From NCBI GenBank assembly GCA_964019335.1, contig OZ025665.1:496001-560000 (forward strand): 64,000 nt of DNA, in the 5' to 3' direction. The DNA comes from Diplonema japonicum (Eukaryota > Protista > Euglenozoa: Diplonemea). The number at the start of each line of letters is the position of its first letter. Positions within the stretch are counted from its first letter, which is position 1. The notes under the pieces are model-generated. The model was not told the DNA's origin, ran no database searches, and saw nothing but the letters and a program-made list of their open reading frames with translations. Positions 12,401-20,800 of this stretch are shown piece after piece. Made by a program: the position numbers and the translations under genes.

Positions 12401-13762
12401 CAACAAGTTACGGGTCTCTGTCGACATCACTCCGCAGCCTCCTTCCTCCTGCAGTCGCGATATCCTGTCTTGTCCTGCTCGTATCTTCTTCTTGAGCTTC
12501 TCGAGCCGTATCTGCCTGGTGGGGGCAGCCCCGACTGCCGTCCCCGTCGACCTCGCGCTTAGTTCCATGGGTATTGGCCTCCGCACGTTTCCCCTCCCTG
12601 TGTACGATCCTCGTGATGGTCCTTCGTACCCATGTAAGAGGTACGTCTCCGCCATGTTCGAGATTTCCGTCAGCGCTTCTGTCGGCTTCTTTGCTGCGAT
12701 GTACTCCTTGTATCTCGACTCCTGCACCAGGTTTGCCGCCACCGCGGCAGGCGCTCTCTTCGTCTTCGGGATCTCCTGCGGCACCACATATCTCAGGACT
12801 TCCTGGTGGAAGGCCGGGACGTTGAGGGTCACGGCCAAGCAGCGGTGATCTGAGCCCAGAATTGAGCCGTCCACCCTACAGTGTCTGAGGCCCTGCGCTG
12901 CCACCGCGTTCAACAAGATCCTGTCAATCCTTGTCCCACAGTTGGTCTTCACGAAGGTGTCCTCCAGTGGTGTCCCTTCCCGCCTCGCACAGAAGTCCGC
13001 GGCGTCAATCCAATCTGTCTGCAGGGCTTTCTTCAGTACTGGGGATCGGTGTTCATCGGTGTTGAAATCCCCCACCACCGCCACTGGCACGTTCCCAAGC
13101 TCAAACCTCAGGCGGTGCAGTATGTAGTTCAGGAGTTCCTCTCGCTTTCCCTTCTTGATGGGGTCCTGGCCGGAGTGGCAGTAGACGTTCACTATGTGGA
13201 ACCAGCGTTTGTCGGCGTCTAGCGACACCTTGACGTGCGTCCACCGATCTTTGTGCGGTCCGCTCGTTTCACATCGAACTGCTGTCCTCGGCTTCTTCAC
13301 CAGTGTTCCCAGCCCTCCTCGTTCTGCTATGGTCAGCGAGGTGACTCCCTTGGACTTCCTCCCCGGTTGCGGTTTGCTCCACAGCCTTTCGTACTGCTTC
13401 CCCCACTCGTCCTCTCTCAGTACTCGTTCTATTTCCAACTGCGTTTGCGCCGTGAGTGCCGTCTCCTGCATGCAGAACACATCCGGGAGGACACCCGCGT
13501 ACTCTCCGAGACGGTTGTTCAATGACGATCCATTATGTGTTAGGATCGTGAAGCTATTCCCCGCTGGCGGGCGGGGCACGATGGGTCCCGGGTTTGGCTC
13601 TATCCCATCCACGACCAGTCGCTCGAATTTCTTTTCGGCTAACCCTTTTGGGTCATATTTCGATGGTTCAAGTGATGTTGATGATGATGATGTTACTGAT
13701 GATATCGATTTTGATGATGATGAGGGGAGGGGATTGGCGCGTGAGTGGGGGTCATCGTTCAC
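9416..13762 (-). CDS. LINE ORF2: 2A-like peptide, APE endonuclease, reverse transcriptase and CCHC-type C-terminal motif
   Basis: APE motifs: THNGSSL, FCMQET, VNVY, VGDFN, TRIDRIL, SDH. RT motifs: GVDG, LIPK, RPIT, QHGF, LDFRKCFD, GILQGCPLS, YADD, LGV. C-terminal CDLC...H....C. The track start is GTG, not ATG. Confidence 0.95.
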   Translation of the reverse strand: MNDDPHSRANPLPSSSSKSISSVTSSSSTSLEPSKYDPKGLAEKKFERLVVDGIEPNPGPIVPRPPAGNSFTILTHNGSSLNNRLGEYAGVLPDVFCMQETALTAQTQLEIERVLREDEWGKQYERLWSKPQPGRKSKGVTSLTIAERGGLGTLVKKPRTAVRCETSGPHKDRWTHVKVSLDADKRWFHIVNVYCHSGQDPIKKGKREELLNYILHRLRFELGNVPVAVVGDFNTDEHRSPVLKKALQTDWIDAADFCARREGTPLEDTFVKTNCGTRIDRILLNAVAAQGLRHCRVDGSILGSDHRCLAVTLNVPAFHQEVLRYVVPQEIPKTKRAPAAVAANLVQESRYKEYIAAKKPTEALTEISNMAETYLLHGYEGPSRGSYTGRGNVRRPIPMELSARSTGTAVGAAPTRQIRLEKLKKKIRAGQDRISRLQEEGGCGVMSTETRNLLRNISKLGGELGIEHCRVDDAESVDVIQEDLEVAECFTEGELADLITSRKRAQTRAYERSIRTNFAKERRHVTAWMNNSTKQGTQTVDAADGGVTANLKKMDKVMRTAWSDIFCARTPEDEPQFDEFQRRYGEHIKSNPMAHAPIDAKLLKEVIGKKADKGACGVDGWRIGELKRLPAPILQAFADLFNLIEETGEWPMQVTTALVSLIPKGEGTAPLDHRPITVTSTIYRLWASARLVQVLKWQERWITPRQHGFRPKHSTTSALIDLCTKLELALVEDEPLEGLALDFRKCFDLVPQQLSHELMLALGLDPAIARALQGMYGQISRRFKFPIGIGATFKATNGILQGCPLSVIIINALLAVMIRTIEKEAPGTEVLSYADDTYLLAELEKTLQAAVNGTLEFCGLTGMKLNPEKTVAFGTKKGFRSKVLGDRTVTQKGREVAVPYRTVTSFKALGVMVFTNRTGTTWNEPATEAANKLDRLGGTSLSFETKGYLIGTSVLPSCLYSSPFSPPSDEALKKLTTRVTCNLWGPHFRGRSPAAVNTVLLKGHINDPLSYVICHSLKVISSALERTGLGQRVRQIVQRYGSQRTPLGPVGNLICRWMPRIGWDWEKMEIATELEWPKRGSAFRAAVRAARSATLATERKTVSGLGEGADPKTNDLWRTAKDRHLAFCIKRVIAGGIPYLSPYARAGPKCVPPTKEDDESEGRSEEEEDQDEPAAHEGQDESGFECDLCPTKHADTVTLLRHQLYECPPAREELIREEMEPLRDRTGWPLCLELHAILPRGNGFEHLEKLQRYLAMVVEKRDEGLMQAEGGNKKLPWEREVTGKVTPVPTTAQLGTVVGLLEQFGEPLLEWMGKLRWVEGDTDSEVSAAELALDFEETTGKSLGVYNMQRKARRIKLLVERANAVCRTRRIRRPFPADGAKRVKSLTAIGGKAAIGFNRRPIFAARQTAQKLQELKGTYKKERVSRLRKALKATIGTKAMLQKGSINR
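13583..13609 (-). other. 2A/StopGo-like ribosomal skipping motif DGIEPNPG|P
   Basis: Close to the D(V/I)ExNPGP consensus (G in place of D, with D one residue earlier). It lies about 11 residues before the first APE strand (FTILTHN). Confidence 0.7.
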
Positions 13763-13768
13763 TTCATG

Positions 13769-16051
13769 TCACTTCGCGCATGCTCGGCAAACACACACCA
13801 TACAATCCTGCTGGAGGCACTTTACACCTTGTCTCTTCTTCGTGAGGGCCTCCCCACAAACACTGCATCCCGCGTCCCAGTGATGGAACACATTGTTGAA
13901 AACGTGTGAGCTCCCGGTCGCCTTGCAGATTCTCCAATCGCAATCTTCGTCCTCGTCCTCTCCCTCTGGTTCTCGTTCCATTTCCTCGTCTTCTTCTGTT
14001 GGTGGGGGTCCCAAGTCGTCGTCATCGTCCGTAAAGTCAAAAGATTGTTCTTTTCCTTGGGCTATTTTCTGTGCGAAGGTCTGTCCAAGGGGGGCCGGCC
14101 CGCTCTTAACCTGCTTCATCAGTTCCCCGATCTGTTTGGACATCATGTCCATTTGCGTCCCCATTTTCTGGACTTCCCTCTCCAGTCGGGCGTTTTCCTG
14201 CCTTAGCCTCTCTACCTCCGCTGTAGGTTTGACCTCCGGTGTCGGTCCTCCCGCGATCTTTTTAAGGGCGCGCTCGATGGCGGTGAGCCTGTCTTCCACT
14301 GCAGAGGTTTGTTGTTTGTCCTCTGCTGTCTTTGTCTTCTGCGCTTTCTCAGTCGAGGCACCACCTGTGCTGGGGCGTGGTCCTGTCTGCTTTGAGTCCG
14401 ATTGCTTTCCGTGTCTGGCGGGGTCGCTTGTGCTGGGCCGTGGTCCCCCCTGTGTCGGGCCATTCTTGAGAGCGTTCAGGAACGACTTTCCCGGTGTTGC
14501 CGCCCTGCCCCACACCTGGGTTGTCCTCGGCTTACCGTTCGGTGGTGGTCCCTCATCCTGAGCAATCCTGCAATGCAGAACGTCCCCCTGCGGTCCCGTA
14601 ATACGGAGGGATGTCGTCGGCGGTTGCGGTCCTCGTATCAGCCAGCACTTCGTGTTGCCCGCCCAGCTGCCGCGCACTGGTACACCATTCCATCCTATGG
14701 CCCGCAGGATGTGTCGCACCTGCACTTCCCCCGCCTCACGGTAGAGCCCCGAGAGTCTCCACATCGGCTCCCCGTGTTGTCCGCTCTTCCTCGTCTCCTC
14801 TCCGAGTATTCGGCTAAGCAGCGGAATCTTCCCTTCTTCTGTGGTTCTGACACCTAGTCTCCCGTCGGACTCCCTCAGGGCCAGGCCGTGTCCCTCGCCG
14901 AAGCTCAGCGCCTGTTCCAGCGTGGTCTCTTTCGGCAGCCATGCAACTGGCTGCGGCTTGCCATCCCTTGGTTTGATGAAGACCCCTTTGCTTCCGGACC
15001 CCTTTACCATGTTGGCGAGCTCGACCTTCGGCAACGTCACCAGTGCGTCTACGTGGGGGTTCGGGCCGCTCGACACCTTGGACACTGCTATGATCGACTC
15101 GAACTTGAGGACTTCTGTCAGCCACTTCCTTGGCGACGTTGCCGCCGTCTCCCACAGTGAAGAAGGTACATATGCCTTCGGTATGATTACCGCTGCCCTG
15201 CTGTAGTGCTCCCCTAACTTTACGTCCCGTGTGTCCTCCCTTGTGACGCGTTCTATTTTTCCGGATAGTAATAGCACGAACATCCGTCTGTTGGAGTATG
15301 CCTTCCCATCTTGCAGAACGATGTCGTGCTTGTGTCTTCCTTCACCGTCCTTCTTCAGCAATAAGGCCTTGTTCCCCGTCCACTCCTGTCCTGCTGCCTC
15401 CTCCACGCACTTTTCACTGGCCATCGCTACCCCGTCCTTGCCCTCGAGTAACTCCTCCCACGTTACGAAAGGGACGTTGTACTGGTCGCTTTCTAGCTTC
15501 CACGCCCTTTCCTCCTTCTTCGTCATCCTTGCTTTTCGTTGTGGTTTGCCGACCACCGTCCACGCCTTCTTCTGTCCATCCGCTACGGGGACCCCTACTT
15601 TTGGGGGGGTGAAGTCCGTAGCTGTCACCCCTTTCAGTGCCGACGGTGTCCTCGGCTCGATGACGCCGTAGAAGGACTTCCCGTCGAAGGCGATGTGGAC
15701 CGGCTTCTGTCCCTTCTTCGGTTTCCCAGGCACCGGGTAGACGATGAAGGTGTCCCCTGAGAAGGTGGCGACGTTGATGTCCATCCGCGTGGCCCTAGCC
15801 ACTGCCAGCACACAGACCAGGTCTGCGCTCGTCCCGTCCTTCGAGTGGGCGACACAGTACTCGTCGTAGTCTGTGCCTTCCTCAAGGAGCTTCGTGTACT
15901 CCTTGTCGTTGCCCCGCAGCTCCTGCACCATGAGGCGCCGCACCTCATGTCCCTTCTTTCCCGTCTTCGACCCCGCCACCGCGTACAGCCCTCCGGCTCC
16001 TCCCTCCAGCCCCAGGCCGTACCCGCGTAACCCCGCTCGCAGTCTCTCCAT
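13769..16051 (-). CDS. LINE ORF1: degenerate OTU-like N-terminus, coiled coil, acidic linker and C-terminal Cys-rich zinc finger
   Basis: 760 aa, starting at the first AUG after the SL. OTU-like spacing: LYAVA...HEVRRLMVQEL...YDEYC...DGTSAD...LAVA...INV...VHIAFDGKSFY. Coiled coil EVERLRQENARLEREV. Finger CSVC...C...C..C.C..C. Confidence 0.85.
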   Translation of the reverse strand: MERLRAGLRGYGLGLEGGAGGLYAVAGSKTGKKGHEVRRLMVQELRGNDKEYTKLLEEGTDYDEYCVAHSKDGTSADLVCVLAVARATRMDINVATFSGDTFIVYPVPGKPKKGQKPVHIAFDGKSFYGVIEPRTPSALKGVTATDFTPPKVGVPVADGQKKAWTVVGKPQRKARMTKKEERAWKLESDQYNVPFVTWEELLEGKDGVAMASEKCVEEAAGQEWTGNKALLLKKDGEGRHKHDIVLQDGKAYSNRRMFVLLLSGKIERVTREDTRDVKLGEHYSRAAVIIPKAYVPSSLWETAATSPRKWLTEVLKFESIIAVSKVSSGPNPHVDALVTLPKVELANMVKGSGSKGVFIKPRDGKPQPVAWLPKETTLEQALSFGEGHGLALRESDGRLGVRTTEEGKIPLLSRILGEETRKSGQHGEPMWRLSGLYREAGEVQVRHILRAIGWNGVPVRGSWAGNTKCWLIRGPQPPTTSLRITGPQGDVLHCRIAQDEGPPPNGKPRTTQVWGRAATPGKSFLNALKNGPTQGGPRPSTSDPARHGKQSDSKQTGPRPSTGGASTEKAQKTKTAEDKQQTSAVEDRLTAIERALKKIAGGPTPEVKPTAEVERLRQENARLEREVQKMGTQMDMMSKQIGELMKQVKSGPAPLGQTFAQKIAQGKEQSFDFTDDDDDLGPPPTEEDEEMEREPEGEDEDEDCDWRICKATGSSHVFNNVFHHWDAGCSVCGEALTKKRQGVKCLQQDCMVCVCRACAK

Positions 16052-16232
16052 ACTGCTCGTCCTCTGCTCTGCTTCCTTTTTTTTTTTTTTTTTTTTTTAC
16101 TTCTTGTCAACTTCAATGTCTTCTTTTACCCTCTTTTAGCTCTCTTTTCTGCGATCTGCTTTCTCAACTTCTTTCAATTTTCTTTCTTTACAAACCGTAT
16201 TACCTATTGACTTTATTGGCACGATCGGACAC

Positions 16233-16270
16233 CAATAAAGTACAGAAACTGTAGCTTTAGAATCGTTGGT
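16233..16270 (-). other. Genomic copy of the euglenozoan (diplonemid-type) spliced-leader exon, 38 nt
   Basis: The minus strand reads ACCAACGATTCTAAAGCTACAGTTTCTGTACTTTATTG, followed by GT. The 3' half CAGTTTCTGTACTTTATTG is the conserved kinetoplastid/diplonemid SL. The 5' half matches the diplonemid AACCAACGATT start, as recalled, minus the first A. Confidence 0.9.
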
Positions 16271-16633
16271 GAAAAAAAGGGCTCTGGGAGAAGGGAAAGA
16301 AAAGAGAAGAGAAGAAAAAGGTCAGTTGTCCTTTCCCCCTCTCTTTTCATGAAGCAGATAGATAGATAAGAAAATCAAACCATTAAAAAAATATAAAGCC
16401 TTGGGGAAATACTTAAAAAAATGTAAGTAGTGTGCGTTTTTTTTTTTTTTTTTTTTTTTTTTTTCCCGCCTTCATTTCGTCCCACAGCTTTTTCGGTTGA
16501 TTAGGTGAGTGATAGTTAGAATAGTTGGATAAGTGTTTCTTTTGCTGCGGTAAGGGGGGAAATAATTAAAAGGACCGCTGTTTTTCTTTTTTTTTTTTGT
16601 GCTTTCCGTACCCCCCTTACCGCAAAAGTTTCG

Positions 16634-16668
<35 letters not shown>

Positions 16669-17335
16669 TTTCCGTTGAGAATGGGTGAAATTATTTGCTT
16701 TTTTTTTTTTTTTTTTTTTTTTTAAACTTAACTCCAGCAAAATTTTCGTGGGTGGGGGTGAAACTCACAATTCACTTTATGTCACCTGATTTTATTTTAT
16801 TTTCACACTCGGACTTCTTTAAAGAAAATTAGGCCCGGGAGTGAAAAAATTCTGATAGCGCTAAAAATAAGAGACTAATTTAAGCAAAACCCTCCTAAAA
16901 TACCTACCAAGGTTTCTTGGGGATGGGCAAGAACCCGACTGCACAAGAGGCGGACGCAGCAGGGTTCACCCCCTGCCAAGAGCCATACGAAAAGGAGTGG
17001 GCACGCTTTTTGTGTGTTTCATAATTATAGGAAGGGAAAAAAAAGGGCCTGTCCGAAAGAAGAGGATTTTATTCGCTATTTCAATGACATGAACAAGTAA
17101 GGCCTCAACTCGGTTGTGAAGAGGAATTACAACAAGCAGTTACAAGACTACCCCCGACTAAAGGTCCCCCTCAAGAGGTTCCAAGAAGGCAAGTCAACAC
17201 AAAAGGCGAACATCAGCAAATGATGGAATTATTTAGCACCAAGGTATGGGATCGTCCGCCTATGCAGCGTTGATGTTCGCAAGAGACACGCACACTGCCG
17301 AGGCACACGTCTTATCCTTGTCCAGCTCACTGCAA

Positions 17336-17353
17336 GTGGCATCATACCTTGCG
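17336..17353 (+). repeat. 18-bp direct repeat, right copy (candidate target-site duplication)
   Basis: Identical to 8607-8624. Confidence 0.5.
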
Positions 17354-17899
17354 ATTCTAATTTGTACCACCGCCACCTCCCACAAATTCTGCTGTCGTTA
17401 AATAAAATATTGTATTTGTGAATTTAAGATTGATGATTTCACTTGTGGTGTCATGCAGTTTTGACTCGTTAAATGTTATAACACTCGCTTCACTCGTCAA
17501 AACCACTGCCACCACGCGTGAAATCATAGGGTCTTATATTCCACTAAATAAATAGTTATCTTTTTTTTTTTTTTTTTTGTTTTCTGGAAAGTGAGAAACG
17601 TCGGACTGGCAAATTGTCCAGCGGCCTTCAAGACTATAGTCCAACAAATCCCCTCCCCGGACGCTGGAAGATCACTGAAATGACATTTCTTGTTTGCCAG
17701 CCCCGGCACTTTTATCTTCACTTGTGCTAGAAATATTAAAAAAAAGCAGTAACTTTCTTTTTTTCCTTCCACCCCCCTTTTCCGAGTAGTACTAGTCGGA
17801 AAGGGTGAAGGAGAAAAAAAAGAATTACTGTTGAATGAAAAAAAAAAGGGGGGGGAAAGGAGCAAAGAAATCACGCAACAAATGCATTTTGTTTTTTCT

Positions 17900-20800
17900 T
17901 CATATGCGTCCTTCCTGTACGTGTACGATTCGAGTGTACCGCCTTCTGCTCGGGGGAGTGAACCGTGAATGGCTCCCACTGAGGTTTGAATCATGTCCAC
18001 TGCCTTCTAACAAAGGTGTTACCACAGGGCTTCCCCGTCCAAAGGCACCTCTTCCAGGGAGTCTGAGAGTGCTACTGTTAAGTACTCTGTAAGGCTTTGT
18101 ATTGCTTAACACAGTACTCAATGCTAGTGGGTTTGGGTTTGCCTCGCTCGACGTGCTGTCTGTGACAAGATCCAACATGTCCAGGGCCACTTTGGGCGTC
18201 ATGTCGTTGCGCACACCGAAGCTACCCAAAGGTGTCTCACCTTCCCCTAACATTCCCCTCCTTGCTGCTACCAGTGCCGTTTTCCTCCTCCCCAGCCACA
18301 GGTCCAACAGGTACAGAAAGATGTCATAAACACCCTTCACCATCATCAGTAAGGCAGACACAAGCAGAAGTGTAGCTGCCGCATCCATCAGCGTCTTGCT
18401 GCCCCCTGCCCCAATCGCAATCGTCATGAACAGCACAGCAAAGAACATCGTCCCACTGATGCACGATGCGAAGATCTTATCCAGCAGTGAGTTGTGGGGG
18501 CGAAGAAGTATAACAGCCAAGAAGAACAGAAAGAGGACAATGCAGATGAAGATATTCCGTACACTGCAGGCACCGGCCTCATAAGGCTTCCAAACGGAGC
18601 ACAGGCTCAAGAGCACGATCTGCAGGATTTCCACAATGGAGAACCAATGGAAGCCCTCCCTGTACTGCTCGAAGAACAACCCGTACTGCTCCACAAAGAA
18701 GTCAGGCCCGCCCTCCTTCCGCACCCACACCTCCCTCCCGTACACAAGGATGTACACAGTCCGCCTCCACCCGGTGTACACAACACCCTCTTCTTCACCA
18801 CCTTCCGCAAAGGCGGTTTGTTCCCCAGAACGTTCCAGCTCCTTCACCCTGCATGCAGCGTGCTTGTCGATCTTCGGGTCGGGTATCGTTGTCCCTTGGA
18901 ACCGTCCAGGACGCAGGATCACCATCCACAAGAGTACTGGAAAGGCTGCACACACCCCGAGCATCACAACCCCGATGACAGCGTGTTGCTTCGGTGCCCT
19001 GTCAGGGAAGAAGGTAAGGTTCGCAGCAGCAATGCTTGTGCCCATGAGGAGCCACAACATGGGGATGCTGACAAGCCCAGGGGCCCGAACATAGAAGATG
19101 GCATCGTCGTACTTCAGTCCCAACATCACGAGGACCACAGCGAGGAGGTAGTTCAAAAGGAGGAAAGCAGCAATTAGCCCGATGTTGGAGACGATGGCCC
19201 CCAGGAAGTACCTCTGAGGGGACGACCCGATCCCGAAGCCCAGAGGGTGGTACTCCCAGTCCAAGGGCTCCGTACCCACGTCAATGTCCTCAACCTCACA
19301 GTCGAAACCCATCAACACAGCGAGCCTCGCCCCTCCAGCAGGGTTCGCCGCTGCAGTCTTCTTGCGAACATCCTTCTGACCCTGTGGCTCTATCAGCACT
19401 GTTCCCGGAGAAGACGTCTTCGGCACACTTGTCTTCGGTGGTTCTGTAGTAGGTGCTGCTGTTCGAACGCTCGTGGTCGGCCCTACAGTAGGTTCTCGCG
19501 AAGGGGAAGCAGTGGGCATCAAGGTAGAAGCATCAGTTGGTGGTGATGGTGTCGGGGCAGCAGTCAGTGGTGACACAGTAACAGGTGGATCAGTGGATGG
19601 TACCAATGTGGGTACAGCTGTTGGTGTTGAAGTCAGCGGTGCTCTAGTGGTGGGAGGGTCAGTCGCTGGTGCCGATGTGGGATCAGCCGTCGGGGTTGCT
19701 GTTGGCGGAGCTGCAGTGGCTGGTGCTAAGGTGGGTCCTGCAGTTTCTGGTGAGTTAGTAGGAGCTGCAGTTGCCGGTGCCGATGTGGGCTCGACCGTCG
19801 GAATTGCAGTCGGTGGCGCCAAGGTGGCAGGAGGGTCAGTCGCTGGTGTCGTTGTGGGGACAGCTGTTGGGGTTGCCGTTGGTGGGGCAGCAGTAGAGGG
19901 AGGGCTCGTTTCCGGTGTTGAGGTTGGGACGGAAGTGGGAGGTGCATCAGTTGCCGGTGCCGATGTTGGGATTGCTGTTGGAGGAGCCGCAGTGGCAGGA
20001 GGGTTGGTATCCGGTGCTGGGGTGGGGAAAGCAGTGGGTGGAGTATCACTTGCTGGTGCGGATGAAGGTTCGGATGTTGGGGTTGCTGTTGGTGGAGCAG
20101 CAGTCGCTGGGGGGTCAGTTGCTGGTGCCGATGTTGGGATTGCTTTTGGTGGAGAGGCAGTGGAGGGAGGGTTGGTATCTGGTGCTGAGGTGGGGACAGC
20201 AGTGGGTGGGGCCACAGTGAGAGGTGCATCAGTTGCTGGTGCCAAGGTGGGTTCGGCTGTAGGAGTCGCAGTGGAAGGAGGATTAGTTGCTGGTGCCGAT
20301 GTAGGGGAAGTAGTCGGTGGTGCTAAGGTGGCAGGAGCGTCAGTTGCTGGTGCCGATGTGGGGACAGCTGTTGGTGGTGCCGCAGTGGAGGGAGGATTTG
20401 TATCCGGTGCTGAGGTGGGGACAGCAGTGGGTGGGGCCACAGTGGGGGGTGCATCAGTTGCTGGCGCCGATGTTGGGGTTGCTGTTGGAGGGACTGCGGT
20501 GGAAGGAGGATTAGTTGCTGGTGCCGATGTAGGGGAGGCGGTCGATGGTGCCAAGGTAGCAGGAGCGTCAGTTGCTGGTGCCGATGTGGGGACAGCTGTT
20601 GGTGGTGCTGCAGTGGAGGGAGGATTTGTATCCGGTGCTGAGGTGGGGACAGCAGTGGGTGGGGCCACAGTGGGGGGTGCATCAGTTGCTGGTGCCGATG
20701 TGGGGACAGCCGTTGGTGGTGCTGCAGTGGAGGGAGGGTTCGTATCCGGTGCTGAGGTGGGTTCAGCTGTTGGAACAGCAGTGGGGACAGCTGTTGAGTC

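Larger units (their letters stand above)
9293..16270 (-). mobile_element. APE-type non-LTR retrotransposon (LINE), apparently intact, SL-headed. Outer limits uncertain; it may extend 8625-17335.
   Basis: Contains ORF1, an APE-RT ORF2, an SL exon 181 nt upstream of ORF1 and 3' stem-loops. No unambiguous poly(A) tail is visible. Confidence 0.9.

Noticed and set aside
13769-13771. TGA as a reassigned codon or selenocysteine
   Set aside because: TGA terminates several ordinary genes here, and I could not identify a SECIS-like core in the 3' region.
16100-16300. Stand-alone SL RNA gene, or SLACS/CRE-type insertion into an SL gene
   Set aside because: No recognisable SL intron, Sm site or T-tract follows. 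There is no tandem array and no SL remainder at the 3' end of the element, and the endonuclease is APE rather than restriction-like.
8629-16909. 12-bp inverted match tggtaggtattt / aaatacctacca as terminal inverted repeats
   Set aside because: The length is within chance expectation, it is asymmetric relative to the 18-bp repeats, and no transposase is present.
19480-20795. CRISPR-like periodic repeats
   Set aside because: In-frame coding minisatellite without unique spacers. No cas genes, and the context is eukaryotic.
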